Source: Patescibacteria group bacterium
Lineage (GTDB): Bacteria > Patescibacteriota > Minisyncoccia > Phycocordibacterales > Phycocordibacteraceae
Direction of reading: 5' to 3'
Length of the DNA: 64,000 nucleotides
Assembly (NCBI GenBank): GCA_004322365.1
Contig: SCTS01000007.1
Location: 18,266 to 82,265 of the forward strand
Under the pieces are notes generated by a model. That model was not told where the DNA came from. It made no database searches and saw nothing but the letters and a program-made list of their open reading frames with translations. Made by a program: the position numbers and the translations under genes. Below are positions 37,054-46,582 of the stretch, in pieces (the stretch's first letter is position 1; each line of letters starts with the position of its first letter).

Positions 37054-37749
37054 ATGGCTTTATCTGACAAAAAAATCCTCGAGCACATGAAGGCAGGTAC
37101 TGTGGTTATTGAACCGTTTCAGCGTGAAAACCTCGCAACATCAAGCTACGACGTAACTTTGGGCGAATGGTACTTCAAAGAACAACCACCTCAAGGCCAC
37201 AAGAAAATCTACAATGTATACAGCAAGTCAGACACAGAAGTTGTCTGGGACACTAAGCCTCGCCGAGCAAAAACAGCCAAGGAGGAGCTTAAAAACTTCA
37301 ACTTTTCTTTTGACGGCATCCGCCCTGACGACAAGGTTATTTTGATGGAACCGGGCGAAACTATTCTTGCGCACACACAGGAGTTCATTGGCGGTAGAGA
37401 GTCCGTGACAACCATGATGAAGGCCCGCTCTTCAATGGGCAGAAATTTCATCAATGTCTGTAAATGTGCAGGTTGGGGAGATGTAGGGTACACCAACCGC
37501 TGGGTTATGGAAATTTCAAACGCCTCTCAGCACTACATAATCCCCCTCGTTGTTGGGCGTAGAATTGCGCAATTAGTATTTTTTGAAACTGGCCCTATTC
37601 TTGCAGGTGACTATACAAAAACTGGTAAATACCAAACGACCACCGATGTCGCGAAACTAAAGAAGACATGGAAACCGGAAACGATGTTGCCAAAACTTTG
37701 GGCTGATAGGGACATCAAAAAGCACCACCCATGGCACAAGCAAAAATAA
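37054..37749 (+). CDS. dcd: dCTP deaminase (Dcd/dUTPase-fold) family protein
   Basis: 231 aa, N-terminus MALSDKKILEHMKAGTVVIEPF…SYDVTLG…. Lies between thyA and folA. Confidence 0.8.
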   Translation: MALSDKKILEHMKAGTVVIEPFQRENLATSSYDVTLGEWYFKEQPPQGHKKIYNVYSKSDTEVVWDTKPRRAKTAKEELKNFNFSFDGIRPDDKVILMEPGETILAHTQEFIGGRESVTTMMKARSSMGRNFINVCKCAGWGDVGYTNRWVMEISNASQHYIIPLVVGRRIAQLVFFETGPILAGDYTKTGKYQTTTDVAKLKKTWKPETMLPKLWADRDIKKHHPWHKQK

Positions 37750-38216
37750 TTGCTATCGCTGCAATCGGCAGGAATCGAGGTTTGGGTAAGGACAATAATC
37801 TTATCTATAAGATTCCTGAGGATATGAAACACTTCCGTGATGCCACGATGGGGCATCCCATAGTCACTGGGCGCAAAAACTTTGAATCGATGGGCCGTGC
37901 CTTACCGGGGCGTCCCACCATTGTTGTAACGAGGGACACTACATATATGTCAGAGGGAGTTATCGTAGTGCACGCAATCGAAGATGCGCTAGCGAAAGCG
38001 CGCGAGTTAGACACTGAAAAAATCTTTATCATTGGTGGCGGTGAAATATATAAAGCGGCACTCCCCTATACAGACCAGCTTGACCTCACATTGATTGACG
38101 ACGAAAAAGAGGCTGACGTGTTTTTCCCTGAATACTCAGAATTTACTAAAGTGATTTCGGAAGAAAAAAAAGAGCACGAAGGAACTTCGTACTCTTTTGT
38201 CACTCTCACGCGCTGA
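37731..38216 (+). CDS. folA: dihydrofolate reductase
   Basis: …IIAIAAIGRNRGLGKDNNL…, …IIGGGEIY…. Confidence 0.93.
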   Translation: MAQAKIIAIAAIGRNRGLGKDNNLIYKIPEDMKHFRDATMGHPIVTGRKNFESMGRALPGRPTIVVTRDTTYMSEGVIVVHAIEDALAKARELDTEKIFIIGGGEIYKAALPYTDQLDLTLIDDEKEADVFFPEYSEFTKVISEEKKEHEGTSYSFVTLTR

Positions 38217-38228
38217 ACAACCTAAATT

Positions 38229-38438
38229 TTAGGACACCGGCGTATAGGTTAATTTCTTACACTTTCGATGTCTACAAACATTGGTGATTGCATGCCCCCC
38301 TCCTTCAACGTCAACTGTCGCAGTGGCCTTCCAATAATGATTTCCACCATCTGCACACTGCCCACGATATTCAGTCAACCCAACATCTACCTGCTCCAAA
38401 GGAACCATTTTCCTAAGTATGCGTACTTCTTTATTCAT
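38229..38438 (-). CDS. hypothetical small Cys-containing protein (69 aa)
   Basis: ORF only; no RBS or homolog recognised. Confidence 0.25.
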   Translation of the reverse strand: MNKEVRILRKMVPLEQVDVGLTEYRGQCADGGNHYWKATATVDVEGGGHAITNVCRHRKCKKLTYTPVS

Positions 38439-38790
38439 CTTTTAAGAATACAACACAAAAATATACAAGTCAATGCCCTGGGAAATTCACTGTATTTAGC
38501 AGAGCGAACCTAATCGTTATAGTCACCGAGCTCGTTACAGTGTATACATTGCTTCCTTGCCTTAAGACTCAATGCAGGATTCGCACCAAAATACCTCCAC
38601 TCGTGTTTACCATTCTCTGACCGTTTACTTGAACACTTTGATTCAGATTCTTTACCTCGACCCCTTCGAACACCTACCCCCGAGGCCTCATGTGCTGATA
38701 GATTCATATACATTAGTAGTAAATAATAAAGTCTACTAATTACTCTAATAACTACCCTATATACATAAGTACTCCTCAAAAGATGGCTCG

Positions 38791-39531
38791 TCAACTCTTT
38801 CTCTTTTCACCTTTCTGCCACCCTACATTTTTCAAAAAAGGCTCAAAAAGGTCTTCCTCTATAGCCGAGGAGAAAGAATCAGTACTTACATGCTCCTTGT
38901 TACCAATGAAAGGCGCATTCCGAATACGCACAATTGGTGTCTGCTCATTCGCCTCCCCCATCACAAATGACGCGGCGGCTGCTAACGAGTCTGGAATATT
39001 TGTTTGGCTTCCTCCTGATGGAGTGCCTAAAATATCAATACGATTTTTATTACTGAAGAGTGGTTCAAACCCCGCCCATGCGAGTGCGATACCCACGACA
39101 CCTTTTCGAAGAAATACACTCCGCGAGTCCGTCATGATGAGATACAAATTTTTGATCTTGTATGTTTCTTTAAACCAAGCCAAAAGTTCTTCGGCAGATT
39201 TTTGTGGATTTTCAGGCCATAGGACATAAAACTTTCCTAGTGGGTCAATACCAGCCGAGGGAATAAGAATCCCATTCGTGATGGTGTGCACTACGGCACC
39301 GTCTCGCATATCTTCTCGAGGGATGTACCAATCGGCTTCTTGCTTCACCAATTCATCTTTCTTCGTAAAGTCACGCTCTACACACCTGCCTTCAGATATA
39401 GAAACAACCTTGGATGAAATTGCCACAACATCGCCCTCTTCGAGCGTAAGTGTCGAAGCTTTTATTTTTGAAAATAAATCATCCTTTGGCGGATGGAGAA
39501 TATCAATAGAAAATGCGGTGACGTCCATCAC
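38791..39531 (-). CDS. CofE-like gamma-glutamyl ligase family protein (F420-0:gamma-glutamyl ligase fold), paralog 1
   Basis: 246 aa. …GDVVAISSKVVSISEGR…, …NLYLIMTDSR…GVVGIALAWAGF… match the CofE/F420-ligase fold. Paralogous to 53943..54650. Confidence 0.8.
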   Translation of the reverse strand: MMDVTAFSIDILHPPKDDLFSKIKASTLTLEEGDVVAISSKVVSISEGRCVERDFTKKDELVKQEADWYIPREDMRDGAVVHTITNGILIPSAGIDPLGKFYVLWPENPQKSAEELLAWFKETYKIKNLYLIMTDSRSVFLRKGVVGIALAWAGFEPLFSNKNRIDILGTPSGGSQTNIPDSLAAAASFVMGEANEQTPIVRIRNAPFIGNKEHVSTDSFSSAIEEDLFEPFLKNVGWQKGEKRKS

Positions 39532-39662
39532 CGCATTGTGCCCTGAAAAGTTCGAACCGAAAAGCTAAATACCGCTTCACATCAACTCACACATACTTTT
39601 CTGCTGAAAAGTTGCGCGAGCCCGCCTCGACGCCTTCGCGCCTCCGGCTGATCGACGTTGCA

Positions 39663-40082
39663 CTACTTCACGTCGATCCCCATGGAGCGAGCCGTACCGG
39701 CAATGATTTTCATTGCTTGCTCAGTATCTTTTGTATTCAAGTCAGGCATCTTCTTCTCAGCAATCTCTTTGAGTTGCGCCTTTGTGATTGAACCTGCTTT
39801 TACTGTTGGAACCTTTCCAGAACCCTTCTCCAAACCTGCCCATTTCAAAAGGAGACGTGATGCTGGAGACACCTTAACAATAAAGGTGAACGAACGATCG
39901 TCCATGACCGAAATCTCAACAGGAAGGATGTCGCCCATTCTGTCTTGGGTTGCGGCATTGAACTGCTGAACAAACTGGCCAATGTTTACACCGGCTGGAC
40001 CGAGAGCTGTTCCCACTGGAGGCGCAGGAGTTGCCTTACCGCCTGGAACCTGAAGCTTAATTTTCTTTACTACTTTTGCCAT
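39663..40082 (-). CDS. rplK: 50S ribosomal protein L11
   Basis: …[26 protein letters not shown]…. Confidence 0.95.
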   Translation of the reverse strand: MAKVVKKIKLQVPGGKATPAPPVGTALGPAGVNIGQFVQQFNAATQDRMGDILPVEISVMDDRSFTFIVKVSPASRLLLKWAGLEKGSGKVPTVKAGSITKAQLKEIAEKKMPDLNTKDTEQAMKIIAGTARSMGIDVK

Positions 40083-40097
40083 ATGCGTTGATGATAC

Positions 40098-40640
40098 TTA
40101 TATTTTCTTAACTTGCAAAAAATCGAGCTCAACTGGTGTCTCACGACCGAACATAGACACTAACACTTTTACCTTACCCTTCTCCTCGTCAATCTCACCA
40201 ATGCGACCCTCCAAATCCTTGAAGGGACCATCCGCAACAATAACAGGCTCCCCGACAGCAAAGTCAATTTTATGCTTTGCAATATCGGTCGACATGCGCT
40301 TGAAGAGAATGTTCATTTCATCCTCCGTCAAAGGCACTGGAGTAACACCAGATCCCACGAAGCCCGTCACGCGAGGAGTGTTACGAACAATGTACCAACT
40401 CTCATCGTCAACAATCATGTCAACCAAGATGTAGCCTGGGTAAATTTTCTCTTCAACGGTATTTCGCTTACCACCCACTACCTTAATTTTCTTTTCAGTT
40501 GGGATAACCACATTAAAGATCTTGTCCTGCATGTTCAGGGAATCAATACGCTGTTTTAAGTTACGAAGAACAGCGTTCTCATATCCTGAGTATGTGTGTA
40601 CTGCGTACCAACCTCGTGTTCCTTCTGTTTGTTTTGCCAT
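40098..40640 (-). CDS. nusG: transcription antitermination factor NusG
   Basis: …[14 protein letters not shown]…, KOW …[18 protein letters not shown]…. Confidence 0.95.
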   Translation of the reverse strand: MAKQTEGTRGWYAVHTYSGYENAVLRNLKQRIDSLNMQDKIFNVVIPTEKKIKVVGGKRNTVEEKIYPGYILVDMIVDDESWYIVRNTPRVTGFVGSGVTPVPLTEDEMNILFKRMSTDIAKHKIDFAVGEPVIVADGPFKDLEGRIGEIDEEKGKVKVLVSMFGRETPVELDFLQVKKI

Positions 40641-40645
40641 ACAAA

Positions 40646-40837
40646 TTATTTCTTAAGAAGGATAAGTTGCTCTAGTCCTAATGTGAAAATGAAATCAAAA
40701 GCGCCGAGCATAAGTGCGACACTGATAGAAATAACAATAACGAGCAATGTATAGAGAATTGCTTGATTTCGAGTTGGCCACGACACATGCGTGAGCTCAT
40801 TTCGTACTGCCTTGATGTATTCAATGAATTTTTTCAT
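40646..40837 (-). CDS. secE: preprotein translocase subunit SecE
   Basis: 63 aa. A …[15 protein letters not shown]… segment is followed by a single TM helix. Upstream of nusG. Confidence 0.9.
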   Translation of the reverse strand: MKKFIEYIKAVRNELTHVSWPTRNQAILYTLLVIVISISVALMLGAFDFIFTLGLEQLILLKK

Positions 40838-40866
40838 AAAAAAAGCCCTGCTGGGGCTTTGATTAA
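40838..40866 (-). terminator. terminator hairpin AAAGCCC-TGCT-GGGGCTTT immediately upstream of the secE ATG
   Basis: Hairpin with a T-run on the minus strand that ends at the secE start codon. Confidence 0.55.
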
Positions 40867-40911
40867 GATATCAAATTGAGACTGCCGGGTCAAGGGTGGG
40901 CTAAAAGCCTA

Positions 40912-41391
40912 CTAGCGACGAGGCGTACAGCTCCGTACACGCTCATCAGCAATGTGGTATGCCATAGCCAAGCGAGATCGTGCGTCGTTCAATGCACTAA
41001 GTCTATTTGTCTGCACTCTGCGTTCCTCAATGTCTCGAGCTCGGGGTGTAAGATCAGTACGATGACTCAGCGATTCAAGGGCACTGTCAGCATTCTCATG
41101 TGCTCGCGCGGTGGCAGTCTCAAACTCATTTTCAGCATTAAAAACAAGCTCCTCAGCTGAGGGTATTTGTGTTTGAAGGCATCGCTCTTGACCTTCTCGC
41201 TCACGCTGACCTTGAACAAGGCCACCTACCAGACCTCGCCCAAACTGACCCCAGTTAAAATCTTGCGCGTCTGCAGAAGCGGGTGCTGTTCCAGCCAATG
41301 CGCCGGCAATACCCAAAGTAGCCCAAATAGAGCCTTTCTTTCGAGGTCTTCCTGAAACAGACGCTCCTTCAATTGATGATATTTCTCCCAT
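40912..41391 (-). CDS. hypothetical secreted protein (159 aa)
   Basis: Signal-peptide-like SIWATLGIAGALAGTAPASA, then a charged helical region. Confidence 0.45.
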   Translation of the reverse strand: MGEISSIEGASVSGRPRKKGSIWATLGIAGALAGTAPASADAQDFNWGQFGRGLVGGLVQGQREREGQERCLQTQIPSAEELVFNAENEFETATARAHENADSALESLSHRTDLTPRARDIEERRVQTNRLSALNDARSRLAMAYHIADERVRSCTPRR

Positions 41392-41445
41392 AATTTTTAT
41401 ATGATAACACTTCTGAGCTATCCTGTCAATGGCATATTCCCCCTA

Positions 41446-41476
41446 CAAAAAATCCCAGCTTTTGCTGGGATTTTTT
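41446..41476 (-). terminator. bidirectional terminator AAAAAATCCCAGC-TTTT-GCTGGGATTTTTT
   Basis: 9-bp stem with an A-run and a T-run. Followed by the (CCTAGAA)x3 repeat at 41477-41502. Confidence 0.8.
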
Positions 41477-41504
41477 CCTAAAACCTAGAACCTAGAACCT
41501 AGTC

Positions 41505-42329
41505 TTACCGTATTTCGTACGTCACCGAAACATTCACGATAATTTCATTCTGCCCTGTTGGTACAGAAACTTCTGGCCGTGCAGGTGCTGACGATGCGCC
41601 CATCGCCATGTCTTTTGAATAGTACATCGGAGGATACCCACCTCCTTCAGAGTAATTTACTACACGGACCAAACGAACACCGAGGTCCCCTGCAAGCCCT
41701 TTCGCCTGCGCGCGAGCCTTCTCTATTGCCTCTTTCCGAGCCTCTGCCTTCAAAGCATCGGGATCATCAACGGAAAAGTTAGGTCCGTAGAGATTGGTAA
41801 CTCCTGCTTCACCGAGAGCCGAAAGCACTTTGCCTGTGTCATCAATCTTGCGTACTTTTACTTCAACAGTCTCTGAGACGGTAAAGCCGATAATTTTTTG
41901 CTCCTGATTATAGACACAAGGAACTGCTCCGTAACATGGAGTTGGTTGTGAATAACGAGGTGAAATGTTGTATGAACTCGTCTTAATGTCCTTCTCGCTA
42001 ATTTTTAGGTCTTTCAATAGCGCGAGGGCAACATTGATTTTCTTTGCGGCAGCATCTTGTGCGTGCGCAGAAGTATCAGCGTCTTCAGAGATACCGAAAG
42101 AAACTGTGGCAATGTCTGGCGATGCAGAAACCTTTCCTTCCCCAGTGACAGTTATGACATTGGTCGGAGGTTGTGTGAGAGTGTCAAAATTAACAATGGC
42201 ATTAACTGCCTTTGCTCCAACAAAAATCGTTGCAACAACAAGGAACGCTGCAAATAATTTCATAACCAAACGGCTTTTCAAAAGTCCGTGGTGATGTAAG
42301 TGATCGTGAGTATCTTTAAGTTCATCCAT
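41505..42329 (-). CDS. SIMPL (DUF541) domain periplasmic protein
   Basis: 274 aa. N-terminal TM/signal, then …ITVTGEGKVSASPDIATVSFGI…. C-terminal …NEIIVNVSVTYEI is typical of the SIMPL family. Confidence 0.8.
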   Translation of the reverse strand: MDELKDTHDHLHHHGLLKSRLVMKLFAAFLVVATIFVGAKAVNAIVNFDTLTQPPTNVITVTGEGKVSASPDIATVSFGISEDADTSAHAQDAAAKKINVALALLKDLKISEKDIKTSSYNISPRYSQPTPCYGAVPCVYNQEQKIIGFTVSETVEVKVRKIDDTGKVLSALGEAGVTNLYGPNFSVDDPDALKAEARKEAIEKARAQAKGLAGDLGVRLVRVVNYSEGGGYPPMYYSKDMAMGASSAPARPEVSVPTGQNEIIVNVSVTYEIR

Positions 42330-42634
42330 AGAAACGAATATATTACTGCTATGAGCCTAGTATATCACTAGGCATATTTAATAAGATCGGCATGAAGCTC
42401 TTACTAAGACGAAGATCTGACCTTATCCTTACGGGCGCGAACAAGAAGGAAAGTGTCTGCGAAGTAGTGTTTTTGGGGCGAAGAGACGGAGGAAAGTTTT
42501 ACTTTCATTCTGGCTCGACGAAGCAAAAACAAGAGCGCTAGCGAACTTTCTTCGAGTGACCTGCCCGAAAGGTTTCCTTACGCGCACTGGTAACAAGTAC
42601 ATAAGTGGCAATCATGGTGGCGATGTCGTGTCCC

Positions 42635-42669
42635 CTATTCTACTTGCAAATAAATTGCAAGTAGAATAG
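42635..42669. promoter_or_regulatory. 35-bp perfect palindrome CTATTCTACTTGCAA-ATAAA-TTGCAAGTAGAATAG; putative Fur/Zur-box-like autoregulatory operator overlapping -35/-10-like hexamers
   Basis: 15-5-15 perfect inverted repeat that ends 5-10 nt before the start of the Fur-family gene. Confidence 0.6.
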
Positions 42670-42673
42670 TATA

Positions 42674-43093
42674 GTGACTATGATCGTCATCGCAGACGCC
42701 CTCAAAAAAAGAGGGTTCCGAGTAACCGCACCGCGCGTTAGCATCTTCAATGTCTTACAGAAGGCGTCGTATCCTATGAGTGTGCAGGAGGTAAAAATGG
42801 GAACGAAAGGTGTGGATACAGTGACGGTGTACCGGACACTCGAGGCGTTCAAGCAGGCAGGGCTAGTTGTACAAGTTGATCTCCAACGGGGACATGCCCT
42901 CTATGAACTTAAGGAGGGTAAAAGCGACCACCACCACATCGTGTGCATGAGTTGCAAAAAGATAGAAGATTTCACTGGATGCGATTACCAGCCGATCGCA
43001 CAGCAAGCCCTAAAAAAGTCAAAAGGATTCGCCAAGATTATCAGCCATTCACTAGAACTTTTTGGTCTCTGCGCACTATGCGCGACTAAATAA
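42674..43093 (+). CDS. zur: Fur-family metalloregulator (probably Zur)
   Basis: 139 aa: DNA-binding helix …TVYRTLEAFKQAGLV…, HHHIVCMSCKK…C..C metal sites. Lies immediately upstream of the ZIP transporter. Confidence 0.85.
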   Translation: MTMIVIADALKKRGFRVTAPRVSIFNVLQKASYPMSVQEVKMGTKGVDTVTVYRTLEAFKQAGLVVQVDLQRGHALYELKEGKSDHHHIVCMSCKKIEDFTGCDYQPIAQQALKKSKGFAKIISHSLELFGLCALCATK

Positions 43094-43101
43094 CTAACAC
43101 T

Positions 43102-43875
43102 ATGGGAACAATTGCCTACATATTTATAAGTATCAGTGCGGTGAGCTTAGTATCATTCGCCGGCATCGCCGCATTCTCGATGAGGGCAGAAATGATGAAA
43201 AAGATGCTCTTCGTTCTCGTAGGGCTCGCCGCTGGAACATTAATCGGAGACGCGGTGATACACCTAATACCTGAGGCGCTCGAAAAGATCGGTGATGAGC
43301 GAGCGTTCGGTCTTGCGCTTTTAGCAGGCGTCGTGGTCTTTTTCATCCTTGAAAAATATTTGCGCTGGCATCACGCTCATCACGGAGCCGAGGAAGATCA
43401 CGAAACGGAAGAAGCCCTTCACCACCCTAAACATCTTGCGCCGATGGTTTTATTCGCGGACGGCATCCACAATCTGCTTGACGGGGCAGTAATTGCCGCA
43501 GGGTTCCTCATCTCTCCAGTCGTCGGATTCGCAACTGTGGTCGCTGTATTCCTTCATGAGATCCCGCAGGAAATCGCTGACTACGCACTCCTCGTGCACA
43601 GCGGATTCTCACGCACGAAAGCTCTTTTCTTCAATTTTCTTTCAGCACTGACGGCATTTCTCGGAGCAGGACTCCTCCTTCTACTCCACTCCGCATTTGA
43701 GCTGGTCGGAGCATTTGCTGGAGCATTCACGGCAGGTGCATTCATCTACATCGCCGCGACAGATCTCATCCCCGAACTACATAAAACAAAAGGAGCGATG
43801 CGTGGCGCGATTGAACTTGGTGCATTCATCATCGGTATCGCACTGATGTTCTTGTTGACCTTCCTTGAAGCGTAA
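43102..43875 (+). CDS. zupT: ZIP-family (ZupT-like) divalent metal transporter
   Basis: His-rich loop HHAHHGAEEDHETEEALHH and the ZIP signature HEIPQEIADY. Confidence 0.9.
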   Translation: MGTIAYIFISISAVSLVSFAGIAAFSMRAEMMKKMLFVLVGLAAGTLIGDAVIHLIPEALEKIGDERAFGLALLAGVVVFFILEKYLRWHHAHHGAEEDHETEEALHHPKHLAPMVLFADGIHNLLDGAVIAAGFLISPVVGFATVVAVFLHEIPQEIADYALLVHSGFSRTKALFFNFLSALTAFLGAGLLLLLHSAFELVGAFAGAFTAGAFIYIAATDLIPELHKTKGAMRGAIELGAFIIGIALMFLLTFLEA

Positions 43876-43880
43876 GAATC

Positions 43881-44471
43881 TCATCCTGCAACCCGCTCGC
43901 GATACATTTGCCCTACAGAAACCCACCCTGATGCCTCACCTCGAAGTGGTATCGAGGTCATCACCTTCCATACCCCCTCTTCTTTTTTCAGGATTACTAT
44001 AGTATCGAGAGTTGATTCGAAACGAGGTCGTAGCACTCGAAGTTCGCGCCATATTCTGCGAAATTGTTTACGATTTAAAAAACGCGCCACGGACGCATGG
44101 AGCTTGTTCCCTTCAAGTGGATACGCTGGCATCCACGCAATGTTTGTGTTCAGTGCATGAATGAGACGACGCACTAAGGACACTGCTTCCGCACCCTTAT
44201 ATACATCCATATACACAGTACGAAAACCGAAGCGCCCAAATCCATCTATAACCAAAGGAGTGGATCGCTCATTCCCTGCAAACGATCGCAATACCCGCTC
44301 AACTTCCTTAATGCCTGATTCATCAGTCTCAAAAGGAGGCTTGATGGTGATGTGTGGCGGAATCCTGTCGTGGAGAGGGATGACGCGATACTTCAATGCA
44401 AGCTCGCGAGTTAATCCCGAATGATACTGTCTTGCATCCCCCGAAAGGAGGTGGGCAATGAAGTACTTCAC
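43881..44471 (-). CDS. 2H phosphoesterase (LigT / 2'-5' RNA ligase-like)
   Basis: Two H-x-T/S-x motifs (HITIK, HASVA). Confidence 0.75.
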   Translation of the reverse strand: MKYFIAHLLSGDARQYHSGLTRELALKYRVIPLHDRIPPHITIKPPFETDESGIKEVERVLRSFAGNERSTPLVIDGFGRFGFRTVYMDVYKGAEAVSLVRRLIHALNTNIAWMPAYPLEGNKLHASVARFLNRKQFRRIWRELRVLRPRFESTLDTIVILKKEEGVWKVMTSIPLRGEASGWVSVGQMYRERVAG

Positions 44472-44525
44472 TAACGACAGTATAGCAAATGCGAGACCGA
44501 GTCAGTTCTACCTCGGGGAATAAAT

Positions 44526-45524
44526 TTAAGACTTCGCTTTATTGAAACGGAGTGAGGAATAGTATGCAGCGAGAACAAACGCAAGACCAATGGTTCCAGT
44601 GATTATTTCCGGTACATCAGTAAGTAGGCTAACCCACATACTCACCGCAAGTCCAAATATTGCCCAATGAGCGCCGTGCTCCAAAAACACGAGAGTATCG
44701 AGAGTGCGTTCTCTCACCATAAAAATGGTCAGGGATCGTACAAAATAAGCGCCGATACCCAAACCTACCGCAATTACCGGCAACGCTGAGGTAAGCGCAA
44801 ACGCACCAACAACACCATCGAGTGAGAATGCGGTATCCAAAACTTCAAGATATAGGAACAGTGCAACACTGCCAGATGCCCCCACTTTTGTCTCGACAGA
44901 AAAAGCGCTCGTGATTCCTTCCATCACAATAAATACAATGACTCCAAAAACACCGGCCAATAGCACAGAGGTCTGTTCTGCGGCCGGAACAAAAAATGAA
45001 ACGGTAGCGACAGCGACGAGTGCAAGAAATATTTCTAATGCCTCAATTCTGCCCCAGCTCACCAAGTGTCTCTCAATAAACTGAATCCAGTGTTTTGTTT
45101 TATTGCTATCAAGAAAATATTTGAGAGCAACCAACATAAGAAACACTGCGCCGAACGAATGGATTGCAGGAGCAACACTTTCTAGCAACTCCCCATAGTG
45201 AGTAGGGTCAAACAAGGCCATGTGACCAATTAGCCATGGAGACATGCCTGCAATCGCTGAAACAATAATGACGGGGAGGAGGATGCGCGTACCAAATACT
45301 GCAATAAATATTCCCCATGTAAGGAAGCGTTTCTGCCACTTCTCATTCATCTTCGCAAGTACTCGCGCATTCACAACGGCATTATCAAAAGAAAGAGTTA
45401 CTTCAAGAAGTACCAACAGCACTGCGGTTATAAAAGCTGCAAGGCCGAGATAGTAATACACGAGGCCAAGGCCAATGAGAGAAATAAGAACTGAGACTCC
45501 GAAAAATTTGATTATGCTGTTCAT
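44526..45524 (-). CDS. TerC/DUF475-family integral membrane protein
   Basis: 332-aa polytopic protein with LSFDNAVVNA and …AFSLDGVVGAF… motifs. Confidence 0.75.
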   Translation of the reverse strand: MNSIIKFFGVSVLISLIGLGLVYYYLGLAAFITAVLLVLLEVTLSFDNAVVNARVLAKMNEKWQKRFLTWGIFIAVFGTRILLPVIIVSAIAGMSPWLIGHMALFDPTHYGELLESVAPAIHSFGAVFLMLVALKYFLDSNKTKHWIQFIERHLVSWGRIEALEIFLALVAVATVSFFVPAAEQTSVLLAGVFGVIVFIVMEGITSAFSVETKVGASGSVALFLYLEVLDTAFSLDGVVGAFALTSALPVIAVGLGIGAYFVRSLTIFMVRERTLDTLVFLEHGAHWAIFGLAVSMWVSLLTDVPEIITGTIGLAFVLAAYYSSLRFNKAKS

Positions 45525-45541
45525 ATATTAAAGATTTTTTA

Positions 45542-46561
45542 CTAAATCGCTTCTCTGCTTTCAGAAAAATAAACCTGTCGAGGAGGAATACCTAACATCT
45601 TTAGTCGTGTAGTGAGAAAATGCTTCATTTCTTTTTCTCCCTTGAATGCTCGAACTTTCCCTCCGATGAGCACAGCCCACTCACCAACGTCTCGCATTAC
45701 ATCTGTTTTATTAAAAACGAGATGCGTGACGCCATTCACACGAACTGCTTGCTCTATCAAATCAACATTCATCCAATTACACTGGCGTGGTCTCCCTGTC
45801 GTAGAACCATACTCTTCACCTACTCGCCGAAGCTCTTCGAATACAGGATTTTTTGGTTCAAACTTCTTGGTACCGACATAGGTCTCATACATTTTTGCGA
45901 CACCCCATACGTGGCGAACTGATTGTGGCGGCACACCATTCAAGAGGGCCCCAGCGGTGGTGCAGTGACTCGAGGTAACAAATGGGTAATCTCCCCAATC
46001 AATGTCGAGCCCGAAGCCTTGTGCTCCTTCACCTAATATGACGACCTTTTTTTTATTTTCATGAAACTCTTCGTAGAGATCGATGAGGTACGGCTTTAAT
46101 ACCTTTACATGCTCCGCACGCACACCAATGCGGGCGTACTTATCGCGATAGGCTGGACCGTTTCCTCGCTTTGTCGTGCCAATTGCCACATCAACAGAGT
46201 CTTCGTTTCTATGTGATGCAGTTATGACGTGGGTGTTTTTTGCAATAAAAATTTTACCCTTAGTCTTGATACCTCCATCCTCAAGCATCTTAATTTCTTT
46301 CAGAAATTGAATAGGGTCAACAACACATCCTGGCCCTATTATGGATTTAATGCCCCAAAAAACTCCCGCAGGGATGTGGTGCGTTATAAACTTCTTACCT
46401 TTATGAAAAATAGTATGCCCAGCGTTACATCCTCCGTTGTACCGAAGCACGTGTGTGTACTTCTTTGTCTTACACAAAAAATGAGCTACTTTGCCCTTTC
46501 CTGAATCTCCGTATTGTAAGTCAACAATTATATCAGTCTCCACTTTTGAAAATGATATCAC
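45542..46561 (-). CDS. purA: adenylosuccinate synthetase (short form, 339 aa)
   Basis: P-loop QYGDSGKGK, …GCNAGHT…, …TTGRPRQC…. Confidence 0.85.
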   Translation of the reverse strand: MISFSKVETDIIVDLQYGDSGKGKVAHFLCKTKKYTHVLRYNGGCNAGHTIFHKGKKFITHHIPAGVFWGIKSIIGPGCVVDPIQFLKEIKMLEDGGIKTKGKIFIAKNTHVITASHRNEDSVDVAIGTTKRGNGPAYRDKYARIGVRAEHVKVLKPYLIDLYEEFHENKKKVVILGEGAQGFGLDIDWGDYPFVTSSHCTTAGALLNGVPPQSVRHVWGVAKMYETYVGTKKFEPKNPVFEELRRVGEEYGSTTGRPRQCNWMNVDLIEQAVRVNGVTHLVFNKTDVMRDVGEWAVLIGGKVRAFKGEKEMKHFLTTRLKMLGIPPRQVYFSESREAI

Positions 46562-46582
46562 TGTTTTCCGAATGATGCGATG

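Noticed and set aside
38510-38794. 94-aa minus-strand ORF between folA and the CofE-like gene
   Set aside because: The N-terminal half is hydrophobic junk overlapping the CofE-like gene end. Only the C-terminal basic segment looks protein-like. Insufficient support.
38783-39229. 148-aa plus-strand ORF
   Set aside because: Antisense to the CofE-like gene 38791..39531. No domain signal.
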